Part shown: piece by piece, positions 17,829-27,163 of the stretch
How positions within the stretch are numbered: position 1 is the stretch's first letter
Layout: every line of letters begins with the position of its first letter
Assembly: GCA_039810425.1 (NCBI GenBank)
Contig: JBDHWW010000003.1
Location: forward strand, 80,206-144,205
From: Pseudobdellovibrionaceae bacterium
Lineage (GTDB): Bacteria > Bdellovibrionota > Bdellovibrionia > Bdellovibrionales > Bdellovibrionaceae
Length of the DNA stretch: 64,000 bases
Reading direction: 5' to 3'
Made by a program: the position numbers and the translations under genes
The notes under the pieces: model-generated
The model's input: only the letters and a program-made list of their open reading frames with translations
Database searches by the model: none
What the model was told of the DNA's origin: nothing

Positions 17829-19353
17829 AGTTTTGGTGGTCGATGATGATCAGGGATTAAGACTCTCAGTCAAAACAGCGCTCACGACGTCGAATCGTTT
17901 TGAAGTTGAAGAGGCCTTTGACGGCCTGAATGCCATCGAGAAAGTAAAGGCACCTGAGAACTCAGGCGTAAAGAAGTTCGATGTTGTTATTCTTGATGTC
18001 GACATGCCACGTATCAACGGTCTGGAAGCACTCAGACTGATCAAAGAACATGATCCAGGAATCATCGTATTGATGATCACGGCCCATGCAACTTTAGACC
18101 ATGCGGTTCAAGCGGTCAAAGACGGCGCTTACAACTATCTTTCAAAACCTGTTTCCGGCGATGAACTCTTGGCCCTGGTGGATAAAGCAGTTTCCGCGCA
18201 CACGATGATTTCAAACATCGCGGCATCGGCACCCGTGCTGGTGGAAGCGGGACGCAAGATTATCGGTAACACCCAGCAAATGCAGAAAGTTTTCAACATC
18301 ATTCACCGTCTGGCGAAGGTTGATACTCCCGTGTTGATTCGCGGCGCTTCTGGTTCTGGTAAAGAACTCGTTGCGAAAGCGATCCACTACAATTCTGCCC
18401 GTAAGGATGAAAAGTTCGTGGCCATCAACTGTTCTGCGATCCCGGAGAACTTGTTTGAATCAGAACTCTTCGGTCACGAAAAGGGTTCTTTCACTGGCGC
18501 GGATCAGCGCAAAATTGGTAAGTTCCAGTTTGCGGAAGGCGGAACATTGTTCTTGGATGAAGTAGGCGATATGCCACTCATGATGCAAGTTAAGATCTTG
18601 CGCGTCCTCCAAGAGAAAATGTTCACCCCGGTGGGTTCAAACCGCGAGATTTCAACAAACGTAAGAATCGTGGCGGCGACAAACCGTCCTTTGGAAGACA
18701 TGATCAAGGCCGGCACGTTCCGCGAAGACTTGTTCTATCGCTTGAATGTGGTCCCTATCTTCTTGCCCGCTTTGGCTGACCGCAAAGACGACATCGAGAA
18801 CTTGATCAACATCTTCATCAAAAAGTTCAATGCAGCTCATGGCAAACGCATCTCTGGTGTGGCTCCAGATGCTTTGTCAGCGCTCAAGAAATACCAATGG
18901 CCGGGCAACATCCGTGAGTTGGAAAATGTGATTGAACATGCTTTCGTTCTTGAGACCCACAACATGATCACATTGGCGTCACTCCCAGAAGCGGTTTTGG
19001 CCGCAGCGGGTGTAAACTTGATTGATGCGTTGGCTCAGCCTGCGGTTGTTGATACGAAAGCGGCGGCTTCTATGTCCACAGACCTCGGTGACGATGAGGA
19101 TTTAGGCGTTGTTGATAGCGAAGACCTCGCGTTGGACAATGACGAAGGCGAAGTTGCAACTGTTTCTATTTCAGCTGGCAGCCTCGATTTTAACGCCCAA
19201 AAGGAAGCTTTCGAGAAAGAGTTCATCATCAAGGCTCTGAAGACCTTTAAAGGCCGCATCAACCAAACGGCTTTGCATGCTAACATTCCAAAGAAGACCC
19301 TGCTCCGCAAGATCGAAAAATATGGAATCATCGCAAAGGATTACTCTGTTTAA
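17821..19353 (+). CDS. NtrC-family sigma54-dependent response regulator (REC-AAA+-Fis HTH)
   Basis: VVDDD/LDVDMP receiver, GASGSGKE, ESELFGHEKGSFTGA, LDEVG, WPGNIREL, C-terminal HTH; overlaps HK stop. Confidence 0.95.
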   Translation: MLRVLVVDDDQGLRLSVKTALTTSNRFEVEEAFDGLNAIEKVKAPENSGVKKFDVVILDVDMPRINGLEALRLIKEHDPGIIVLMITAHATLDHAVQAVKDGAYNYLSKPVSGDELLALVDKAVSAHTMISNIAASAPVLVEAGRKIIGNTQQMQKVFNIIHRLAKVDTPVLIRGASGSGKELVAKAIHYNSARKDEKFVAINCSAIPENLFESELFGHEKGSFTGADQRKIGKFQFAEGGTLFLDEVGDMPLMMQVKILRVLQEKMFTPVGSNREISTNVRIVAATNRPLEDMIKAGTFREDLFYRLNVVPIFLPALADRKDDIENLINIFIKKFNAAHGKRISGVAPDALSALKKYQWPGNIRELENVIEHAFVLETHNMITLASLPEAVLAAAGVNLIDALAQPAVVDTKAAASMSTDLGDDEDLGVVDSEDLALDNDEGEVATVSISAGSLDFNAQKEAFEKEFIIKALKTFKGRINQTALHANIPKKTLLRKIEKYGIIAKDYSV

Positions 19354-19385
19354 TCAAGTCAAGTATAGTGAGCACATTTCAAAAC

Positions 19386-19414
19386 CCGGCCGCAAGAAAA
19401 CGGCCGGTTTTTTT
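19386..19414 (+). terminator. Rho-independent terminator
   Basis: CCGGCCG-CAAGAAAA-CGGCCGG followed by T7. Confidence 0.85.
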
Positions 19415-19523
19415 ACCTCAACGATGATGAGGCTCAGGTTTCGACAAATAAATAACTAAATTATCATTAGCCCTTCACTTAGTTTCTAGATACGGTTTAA
19501 TAGTTAAAACCATAAAAACAAGG

Positions 19524-20654
19524 ATGGCTACAATGAAAACTCTTCTGACACTATTAGGTGCAGCGCTTGTCTCCGCCAGTGCACATGCAAACTCTTTGGG
19601 CTTTGATTTTCGCGGTGATGTTCAAAGCATCGATTACAACGACGCCGCGGGCGCTTCTGACTACACCCGCTTTTACCTGAAAACCGGGCGGTTGTACTAC
19701 AAAGGCACCGTCAATGACCGCTTCAGCTATGATCTCCGCCTGGGTTTCTATAAGCCCGCCGCCGACAATGTTTCAGCCGCAGGAGTGCCCGCCAATAGCC
19801 GACGCGATTCTGTCAATAGCTCCGTTGAGTATGCCTTCATGACCGACAAGATGAGTGACAACTTTGTCTTATCCATTGGTAAGCTCAATTCAGAAATCGG
19901 CGGCTTTGAAGGGGCTTCATCCGGCGCGGACCTCTACATGGTTTCTCCTTTTTACCAACACAGTGCTGCTGTCGGCCTGTCGGGCGGCAACATCGGCATC
20001 AACGAATCGGGCACGCGCAATCTTCTCTACACGGCGGGCCTTAAAGGCGATATCAGCTTTTCGGACCAACACATTTACCTGGTAGCGGTGAATAATATCA
20101 CGGATGCGACGGACTCAAGCTCGGCAACCGGCACCTTTAACCAAAATCGTGGTATGATGGGTGTGATTTGGAAAGGCTCTTTCATGGATAAAGCCCTGAC
20201 CGGCCTGCTCAGTTACCACACCGTCAGCCCGCAAGGGGCCGGCGCTGGCGGCCAAACAAACCCGGATAATAAGCATGACTTCATTTCTGCAGGCGCTAAA
20301 TATGAAGATGCCACTTGGGTCGGCAGCCTTGAGTACAGTACGACGACATTTAAAGACGGAGCCAGTGGCAACAAGGACCAAGTCTATGCGGCCATTGCAA
20401 AATTTGGCTACAAGCTCGATTCATGGACTCCACGTTTAGAAGTTTTCACCTCTGAGGAAAAACGCGAAGTTGGAGTCACTGAAACCAACAAGTTCATGGG
20501 GGTCGGCGCGGTTGTTGAATACAAACCCACCGCTGAAAATGTCCGTTACCATTTGGCCTACAATAGCATCACGACAGACCCGGAAACCGGCGATAACAAG
20601 ATCCGAAATGAACTGGTACTGGGCGCACGCCTGTACGGCGATTTCCTGAAATAG
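19524..20654 (+). CDS. Outer-membrane porin (OprO/OprP-like)
   Basis: Signal peptide AHA cleavage; beta-strand pattern; EYAF...LSIGK...GGFE segment typical of these porins. Confidence 0.65.
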   Translation: MATMKTLLTLLGAALVSASAHANSLGFDFRGDVQSIDYNDAAGASDYTRFYLKTGRLYYKGTVNDRFSYDLRLGFYKPAADNVSAAGVPANSRRDSVNSSVEYAFMTDKMSDNFVLSIGKLNSEIGGFEGASSGADLYMVSPFYQHSAAVGLSGGNIGINESGTRNLLYTAGLKGDISFSDQHIYLVAVNNITDATDSSSATGTFNQNRGMMGVIWKGSFMDKALTGLLSYHTVSPQGAGAGGQTNPDNKHDFISAGAKYEDATWVGSLEYSTTTFKDGASGNKDQVYAAIAKFGYKLDSWTPRLEVFTSEEKREVGVTETNKFMGVGAVVEYKPTAENVRYHLAYNSITTDPETGDNKIRNELVLGARLYGDFLK

Positions 20655-20695
20655 TTGAGCGCGAACTTCCAGGCCGGAGCGATAACTCTTGCTAT

Positions 20696-20732
20696 GACCC
20701 ACATCTTTTACTGGATGTGGGTCTTATTTTTT
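20696..20732 (+). terminator. Rho-independent terminator
   Basis: GACCCACATC-8nt-GATGTGGGTC followed by T-rich tract. Confidence 0.8.
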
Positions 20733-20956
20733 AAAGTAGAGTGTTGGGAGCATACCGCCTCGATTCAACCCTTCCTTGTTGCGAAAACCTGTGACTCGTG
20801 GGTCAAAGACGTCACCTGAGCAAAGTGACTTTTTAATTCAAGTGAAATACCGCCGGTTATCGCGATGTGTATAAAAATATATTTCGTGAAAATCAGTTCT
20901 GTTGCGGGACTCGAGAATTGACTGAGTGACACAAGGACAATATCTTTCTTTCCCTC

Positions 20957-21442
20957 ATGACGATGAACCCCCTACCACCTCAGGCATATACCAAGGACAC
21001 GCTGACAAAAGCCTACATGTGGCTTGTGCATCAGAGTGACGCTATCAAGGAGCTCGCGACGACTCCTGATATTTTGGTCAGTCTTTTTCTCAAGGCGCAA
21101 CGGAACGGGGATGAAGCCCTGGAGACTCCGAGCATCCAAAATTTCAAAAAAGAGCTTAAAAGTTTAGCAGGTATGATGGGCGAACTCGACGGTGGCAAAC
21201 CTGCGCCCGCCGTTTTTACCCAGCCTCCGCCCCAAACCGCTCCGCAGGTTGTCGTTCAACAAACTAAACAGGTAAATATCCAGAATAATCATATGCCTAT
21301 GGATCTGGCTGGACAGATGGATGCAAAAAGCCGCGCGATGATTGCCGAAGTCCGCGAACAGTTAAATTTGAGTTCAGACCTCGAAGTCATCCGCCTTTTG
21401 GTCTCATTGGGCTATCACAAAGCCAAAAACCTCTATTCTTAA
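20957..21442 (+). CDS. Hypothetical protein with two small domains joined by a Pro/Gln linker
   Basis: 161-aa ORF with coding-like composition; C-terminal helix pair resembles a ribbon-helix-helix tail. Confidence 0.75.
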   Translation: MTMNPLPPQAYTKDTLTKAYMWLVHQSDAIKELATTPDILVSLFLKAQRNGDEALETPSIQNFKKELKSLAGMMGELDGGKPAPAVFTQPPPQTAPQVVVQQTKQVNIQNNHMPMDLAGQMDAKSRAMIAEVREQLNLSSDLEVIRLLVSLGYHKAKNLYS

Positions 21443-21572
21443 GAGGATTCATCCCGACGAAGCTTGGGCGAGGAGATGACCGTCTGCTTCCAATACAAAA
21501 ACTCCAGTCAAATGGCTTAAATATTTAGCATTTTTCGAATATACTGGCCCCTTCAATTTCGAGGAGGCCCTG

Positions 21573-24353
21573 GTGTCTAGCACACTTCCTGACTACAAAT
21601 CCACAGTGCGATTGCCGCAAACTGATTTTCCGATGAAGGGAAACCTTCCGACGAAAGAGCCTGAAATTCTAAAGCAGTGGGATGACAAAAAGATTTATCA
21701 AAAGATGTCGACGAAAAACGCCGGCAAAAAACCTTTTGTGTTTCCGGATGGTCCTCCTTACGCCAACGGTTCGATCCACTTAGGTCATGCACTTAATAAA
21801 AATTTGAAAGACATCATCGTTAAATACAAAAACATGAAAGGCCAACCGACTGTCTTTATTCCCGGTTGGGACTGTCATGGCTTGCCTATCGAACACAAAG
21901 TTTTGAAAGACTTGTCCGCGAAGAAGGTCTCAAAGACTGATCAAGAGATCATGGCTCTTTGCCGTGCGGAAGCTCAGCATTGGGTGAATCACCAACGCAC
22001 GCAATTCCGCCGCTTAGGTATCTTGGCAGATTGGGAAAATCCTTATCTCACGATGTCCGCGGACTACGAAGCTGAAGAGGTTCGTGAGTTTGCGCGCGCT
22101 TATAAAAACGGTGATATCTATCGCGGTGAAAAACCGGTTTATTGGAACTGGACTCTGAAAACCGCTTTGGCGGAGGCCGAAGTGGAATATCACAACCACA
22201 AGAGTCCGTCGATCTATGTGAAGTTCAACATCTCTGACAAAATGACCTTGGAAAAGCTCGGCAACCCGGGCAAACCCACCAGCATGGTGATCTGGACAAC
22301 GACCCCTTGGACCCTTCCTGCGAATTTGGGTATCTCTTTGCATCCTGATTTTGAGTACAGCGTTTTCGACGCGGGCTCTGAGAACCTTGTTATCGCCAAA
22401 CCGCTCAAAGAATTCTTTGAGAAGGATACGGGCGTGACTTTGAAAGAAGGCAAGACCGTTAAAGGAAAAGACCTCGAGTTCGGTAAAGCTCGTCATCCAT
22501 TTATGGATCGCGATTCATTGATCATCCTTGGCGAGCACGTGACCGCGGATGCCGGTACTGGCGCCGTGCACACAGCTCCGGGCCATGGTGTGGACGACTT
22601 TAACGTCGGTGCTCGTTACAAACTCGGTGTTTTGAATCCAGTGAACGATGCCGGCGCTTACACAGAGGAAGTGCCTGAATTCCAAGGCATGAACATCTTT
22701 AAAGCAAATCCTTTGATCGTAGAAAAGTTGCGCAACTCAGGCCACTTGATCGCGATGAAAGAAATCGAGCATAGCTATCCTCACTGCTGGAGAACAAAGA
22801 CGCCGTTGATCTTTAGAACGACACCGCAATGGTTCATGGGTTTGGATTTGGAACATTCTCAAATCCGCAGGAAAACCATGAAAGAAATCGAAAAAGTTCA
22901 GTTTATCCCTGAGTGGGGCCGCGCGCGCTTCCAAGCTATGATGGAAAACCGTCCTGACTGGTGCGTGAGCCGTCAACGTATCTGGGGTGTACCAATCCCG
23001 ATTCTGATGTGTAAAGCCACTGGTGAACCGTTTGCTGATTACGATGTGATGATGAAAGTTGCTGATATCATTGAAAAACAAGGTGGTATCGAGGCTTACT
23101 ATCGTGTGCCGGCTGACGAAATCGTTGGCACGGCTTGGCAGAAATCTCCGCAAGCAAAAAGCGATTCTAAATTCGGCTCTGAAGGCTTCCGCCATGGTCG
23201 CGATATCTTAGACGTATGGTTCGACTCTGGCATCTGTCACGCGGCTGTACAAAAACGCCGTGAAGGCATGGCTTTTCCCGCGGATATTTACCTTGAAGGC
23301 AGTGACCAGCATCGTGGCTGGTTCAATACTTCGATGTTGTCCTCCATGGCGACTAACGGTCAGTCTCCTTACAAAGCGTTGTTGACCCATGGTTTCGTGG
23401 TGGATTCACAAGGCCGCAAGCAAAGTAAATCTTTGGGCAACGTGATCGATCCGAACGAAGTATCCGCGAAGTCCGGTGCGGAGATCATCCGTCTTTGGAC
23501 TGCGTACGAAGATTACGGCAAAGACGTCAGTTGCGGCAAAGAAGAGCTCGATCGCGTGACTGAGACTTACCGCCGCATCCGCAACACCATGAGATTCTTG
23601 TTGGGCGCAGTGTCTGACTTTGATCCGGCGAAAGACATGATGGATTATGAGAAACTCACGGCGATCGACCAATGGGCGTTGCATGAACTTTATGAACTGA
23701 CGGAGAAAGTAACTCAAGCGTACGACTCTTACGAATTCTACAAAGTTTATCACTTGCTCAATAACTTCTTTACGGTGGATTTGTCCGCGACGTACTTGGA
23801 CGTGTTGAAAGACCGCCTGTACACCTGGAAGGCCGATGGAGTTCCCCGCCGCGGTTCTCAGACGGTGTTATTCTTGACCACGGACTACCTCGTGCGCATG
23901 ATGGCTCCGATCCTTTCATTCCTATCCGAAGAAGTTTATGGCTATGTCAAAGGGACTAAAGCGGAGAGTGTTTTCTTGTTGGAGTTCCCGGAAGCTCCGA
24001 TGAAATGGAACAACCCGTCCCTAAATCAAAAATTTACGGGCTTGCTCAAAGTTCGTGGCGATGTGCAGAAGGTTCTTGAAAACCTCCGCGCACAAAAAGT
24101 CATTGGCGCGAGCCTAGAGGCATCCGTGACTATTAAGGCGGAAGGCGATCTTTTAAAAGACCTAAAGGGCTTTAAGGATTTGCGTGAATTCCTGATTGTC
24201 TCTAAAGTAGATGTAGTCATGGGTTCTTACGAAGTTTTGGCGGAGAAGGCTCCTGGCGAAAAATGCGTGCGTTGTTGGACTTACTCGACTGAAATCAGTC
24301 AGGTTCCAGCAACTCTCGGTATCTGTCCTAAATGCGTTGAGGCACTAACATGA
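21573..24353 (+). CDS. ileS: Isoleucine--tRNA ligase (type 1)
   Basis: DGPPYANG, HLGH (HIGH), GWDCHGLP, WTTTPWT, KQSKS (KMSKS), C-terminal CVRC...CPKC zinc finger. Confidence 0.98.
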   Translation: MSSTLPDYKSTVRLPQTDFPMKGNLPTKEPEILKQWDDKKIYQKMSTKNAGKKPFVFPDGPPYANGSIHLGHALNKNLKDIIVKYKNMKGQPTVFIPGWDCHGLPIEHKVLKDLSAKKVSKTDQEIMALCRAEAQHWVNHQRTQFRRLGILADWENPYLTMSADYEAEEVREFARAYKNGDIYRGEKPVYWNWTLKTALAEAEVEYHNHKSPSIYVKFNISDKMTLEKLGNPGKPTSMVIWTTTPWTLPANLGISLHPDFEYSVFDAGSENLVIAKPLKEFFEKDTGVTLKEGKTVKGKDLEFGKARHPFMDRDSLIILGEHVTADAGTGAVHTAPGHGVDDFNVGARYKLGVLNPVNDAGAYTEEVPEFQGMNIFKANPLIVEKLRNSGHLIAMKEIEHSYPHCWRTKTPLIFRTTPQWFMGLDLEHSQIRRKTMKEIEKVQFIPEWGRARFQAMMENRPDWCVSRQRIWGVPIPILMCKATGEPFADYDVMMKVADIIEKQGGIEAYYRVPADEIVGTAWQKSPQAKSDSKFGSEGFRHGRDILDVWFDSGICHAAVQKRREGMAFPADIYLEGSDQHRGWFNTSMLSSMATNGQSPYKALLTHGFVVDSQGRKQSKSLGNVIDPNEVSAKSGAEIIRLWTAYEDYGKDVSCGKEELDRVTETYRRIRNTMRFLLGAVSDFDPAKDMMDYEKLTAIDQWALHELYELTEKVTQAYDSYEFYKVYHLLNNFFTVDLSATYLDVLKDRLYTWKADGVPRRGSQTVLFLTTDYLVRMMAPILSFLSEEVYGYVKGTKAESVFLLEFPEAPMKWNNPSLNQKFTGLLKVRGDVQKVLENLRAQKVIGASLEASVTIKAEGDLLKDLKGFKDLREFLIVSKVDVVMGSYEVLAEKAPGEKCVRCWTYSTEISQVPATLGICPKCVEALT

Positions 24354-24865
24354 TGAAGAAGAAGTATTTGTATCTAGCCGTTATTACCGGACTCCTCGTT
24401 GCCGCTGACCAGTTGGTGAAAATGTATATCCATACACAATTCCACCTGGGCGAATCCCTCGTGGTGATTCCGAACTTCTTTAACCTGACTTACGTGCGCA
24501 ACTTCGGCGCGGCTTTCGGATTCTTGGCTGAGAGCCACCCGGCATTCCGCGCAGCTTTCTTCTTGGCGATGCCGCCGATTGCTTTAGTGATTATCCTGAT
24601 GATCCTGCGTGGGGTGAAAGACAACGACACAAAACAGATCATCGCCTTGTCTGCGATTTTCGGTGGTGCAATCGGTAACTATGTAGACCGTTTACGTTTC
24701 CGGTACGTGATCGACTTCTTGGATTTCCACCTGAACAACAAGTACAGCTGGCCGGCATTCAATATCGCCGATAGTGCGATTGTCTGCGGAGTTGGCCTAT
24801 TGCTGTTTATGATGGTCATGGAGGCACGGCAGAAGAAATCCCAAGAAAACGCCGCGAAAGCTTAA
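24350..24865 (+). CDS. lspA: Lipoprotein signal peptidase II
   Basis: DQ..K, N.GAAFG, GN.VDR, VIDF, FNIAD. Confidence 0.97.
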   Translation: MMKKKYLYLAVITGLLVAADQLVKMYIHTQFHLGESLVVIPNFFNLTYVRNFGAAFGFLAESHPAFRAAFFLAMPPIALVIILMILRGVKDNDTKQIIALSAIFGGAIGNYVDRLRFRYVIDFLDFHLNNKYSWPAFNIADSAIVCGVGLLLFMMVMEARQKKSQENAAKA

Positions 24866-26301
24866 ATGAAGAAGTAGTGGAAAGACGGCTTGTGTTCTTT
24901 ACGGCCGGCCTCGATGTTGAAAAGGCTGATCACTTCAGTTTTGACACCTTTTTTGACATTGAAGATTGTTAAGTCTGAATTCTCGATAATTTGGTGGAGG
25001 CCGCGACCCGCCCCGCCCTTATTGGTATTTAGGGATCCCGCTTTACCTTGGTAGCAGCTCTCAAGGTAACTGATGATGATGTCCTTTGTAAGAGCACCGA
25101 ACGGATCTTCGACTGAAACTGCGATCATTGTGCCATCGAAAGCGTAACGAAGATTGGGTTCCTGGCCCGTCACGAGATTCACTTCTGTTTTCCTTGGCAA
25201 GTGATTGAAGAGTGCCTGACCCTTGTCGTCTGTTGGTGCATCGTAAATTGCGTTCATCAGCATTTCTTCGGCAACCAAGTAAACCCGGTCCAAAATGGAC
25301 GAACGGATGCCACTTTTTTTGAAATGCGCCACCATATCGTCTTTCAGGCTATCGCGGTCTTTGCTGGCTTTGACGCACTTCAACTGAACGTCGGCCCCCC
25401 AAGAAAGATACTTTTCAATACCGAAGATATTCTTATTTAGGACCTTCGTGAGGGTCGTCAAAAGGCTGCGCACCGTAAAGCTGCGATCTTCCGGATCACG
25501 AGACATGATATTGTCGACAAAAGGAAGACCCTTCATGGTTTCTAAGTTTTCAGTGACATTAGGATTCGTTAACAAAACCAAATGCGAGCTGACTTTGTCT
25601 TTATGAGCTTGAACGAGGATATCCAAGAAAGCTTCTTCGCAGAGAATCACATCGTATTTGCGCTCTTGAATGAAGTTTTGCGCTTCCTCTTTATTATTTG
25701 CGATATCCAACCGGACACCGGTTCCACCGACGGCCATACGGGCTACAACTTGCTGTTTTTTATCGGACTCAACAAGAAGAACGTGTTTGTCACCGACGGC
25801 TTGGAGGTCCGCCTGCACGCGCTGAAGCTCGCGATTCGCGATCTCAAACAGGCGCGCTTTTTCATTGGTCCTCATTAGACGTTCAGCGAGAATAGAAGAA
25901 TAAAGACGATAGAGAAGAGCATCAAAGTGGTCTCGGTCCTTAGGGTGGACATGGTCAAAGTCTGAAGCTTGAACCGTGAAGCACTCCACGTCATTCGCCG
26001 CGCGCACGGAGGTCGTCGTCGGATTTTCACTGATCACACTCATTTCCCCGATCACTTCGCCGACCTGGTCCAGTTCCGCGACGACTTCACCTGATAAAAT
26101 GATTTCAACTTTGCCCGAGCGGAGGAAGTAAAGAGACTGGTTCGGTTGGCCCTGACGGAGAATGAACTCGCCTTTTTTAAAAGATTTTCCAGTCATCATG
26201 GTAGATACTTGCAAAAGCAGATCCTCGCTGAAGCTTTTGAAGAAAGCGAACTGTTTAATTTCTCGCGCGACTTCCGCGGGATGTAATCTCATAGAAATCA
26301 T
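24862..26301 (-). CDS. cNMP-binding / receiver-like / HATPase_c multidomain signalling protein
   Basis: N-terminal cNMP fold (GEVIGEMS), middle REC-like (VLLVESD...YDVILCE), C-terminal EEMLMNAIYD, VEDPFG, GGAGRGL. Confidence 0.8.
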   Translation of the reverse strand: MISMRLHPAEVAREIKQFAFFKSFSEDLLLQVSTMMTGKSFKKGEFILRQGQPNQSLYFLRSGKVEIILSGEVVAELDQVGEVIGEMSVISENPTTTSVRAANDVECFTVQASDFDHVHPKDRDHFDALLYRLYSSILAERLMRTNEKARLFEIANRELQRVQADLQAVGDKHVLLVESDKKQQVVARMAVGGTGVRLDIANNKEEAQNFIQERKYDVILCEEAFLDILVQAHKDKVSSHLVLLTNPNVTENLETMKGLPFVDNIMSRDPEDRSFTVRSLLTTLTKVLNKNIFGIEKYLSWGADVQLKCVKASKDRDSLKDDMVAHFKKSGIRSSILDRVYLVAEEMLMNAIYDAPTDDKGQALFNHLPRKTEVNLVTGQEPNLRYAFDGTMIAVSVEDPFGALTKDIIISYLESCYQGKAGSLNTNKGGAGRGLHQIIENSDLTIFNVKKGVKTEVISLFNIEAGRKEHKPSFHYFFI

Positions 26302-26392
26302 TATGAATTTTGATTTCTGGGTTGACTAGTTTGCGCTTGAATAATTTTGGAATTGTTTGAAAATTAAGTCCTAGGTCTATCAAGGAGTAAAT

Positions 26393-27163
26393 TTGTATCC
26401 TTCAATTCACTTAGCCGAAGGTCTAGATATTCCAACGTACTTTCTGGTTATCAGTCTGGTCGTCTCGTCCGGGCTTTTCTGGATCGTTCGCCGTAGCGAG
26501 ATCTACGGCCTTTCTAAGAAGAATACTTTAGACTTGAGTTTATTGCTCATGCTGTCCGCGTTGTTGGGTGCGCGGGCCTTTCATGTCATTTACGAGAACT
26601 TCGATTTTTACCGTCAATATCCTGTCCGCATTTTCTATCTCTGGGAAGGCGGTTTTGTATTCTATGGTGGTATGATCTTTGCTTTTATCGCGACCTTTAT
26701 ATATCTTCATCTTATTCATGCGCCCCAAAAAGGCGATTACTTCGATGCTTTTGCCCCGGTCCTGTCCTTCACCTACGGATTTGGCCGCATCGGCTGCTTC
26801 ATGGCCGGCTGCTGCTACGGAACAAGCTGCGATCTTCCATGGGCCGTCGCTCATCGCCATCCGACGCAGCTTTATGCCACTTTCTGGGAAATCGGCGTGA
26901 TCTTACTCTTATTGGGTCTTGAAAAAAAACCTCGCAACGAACGCCTGAAGGCGCTTTCCCGCCCAGGCGATTTATTCATCTTGTGGTTGTTCTTGCATGC
27001 GATCGGCAGAATCCTGATGGAGCACTATCGCGAAGACTTCCGCGGCGAACAGATTTTGGGTCTGTCGGTCTCCACGGTCTTCAGCTTTGGCTTATTGCTC
27101 GTCTCAGTGATTCTCTTAGGCGGCTTTGCGAGACGCCGGAGCTTTCCTTTTTTCAGAAAGTGA
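26393..27163 (+). CDS. lgt: Prolipoprotein diacylglyceryl transferase family protein
   Basis: LGAR, GGFVFYGG, GRIGCF, HPTQLY motifs. Confidence 0.88.
   Translation: MYPSIHLAEGLDIPTYFLVISLVVSSGLFWIVRRSEIYGLSKKNTLDLSLLLMLSALLGARAFHVIYENFDFYRQYPVRIFYLWEGGFVFYGGMIFAFIATFIYLHLIHAPQKGDYFDAFAPVLSFTYGFGRIGCFMAGCCYGTSCDLPWAVAHRHPTQLYATFWEIGVILLLLGLEKKPRNERLKALSRPGDLFILWLFLHAIGRILMEHYREDFRGEQILGLSVSTVFSFGLLLVSVILLGGFARRRSFPFFRK

Noticed and set aside
20735..20950. 6S RNA, SRP RNA or riboswitch in the porin-to-hypothetical gap
   Set aside because: No long terminal pairing or diagnostic motifs found by eye; needs cmscan.
21443..21572. T-box leader for ileS
   Set aside because: Region too short and no AGGGTGGNACCGCG motif.
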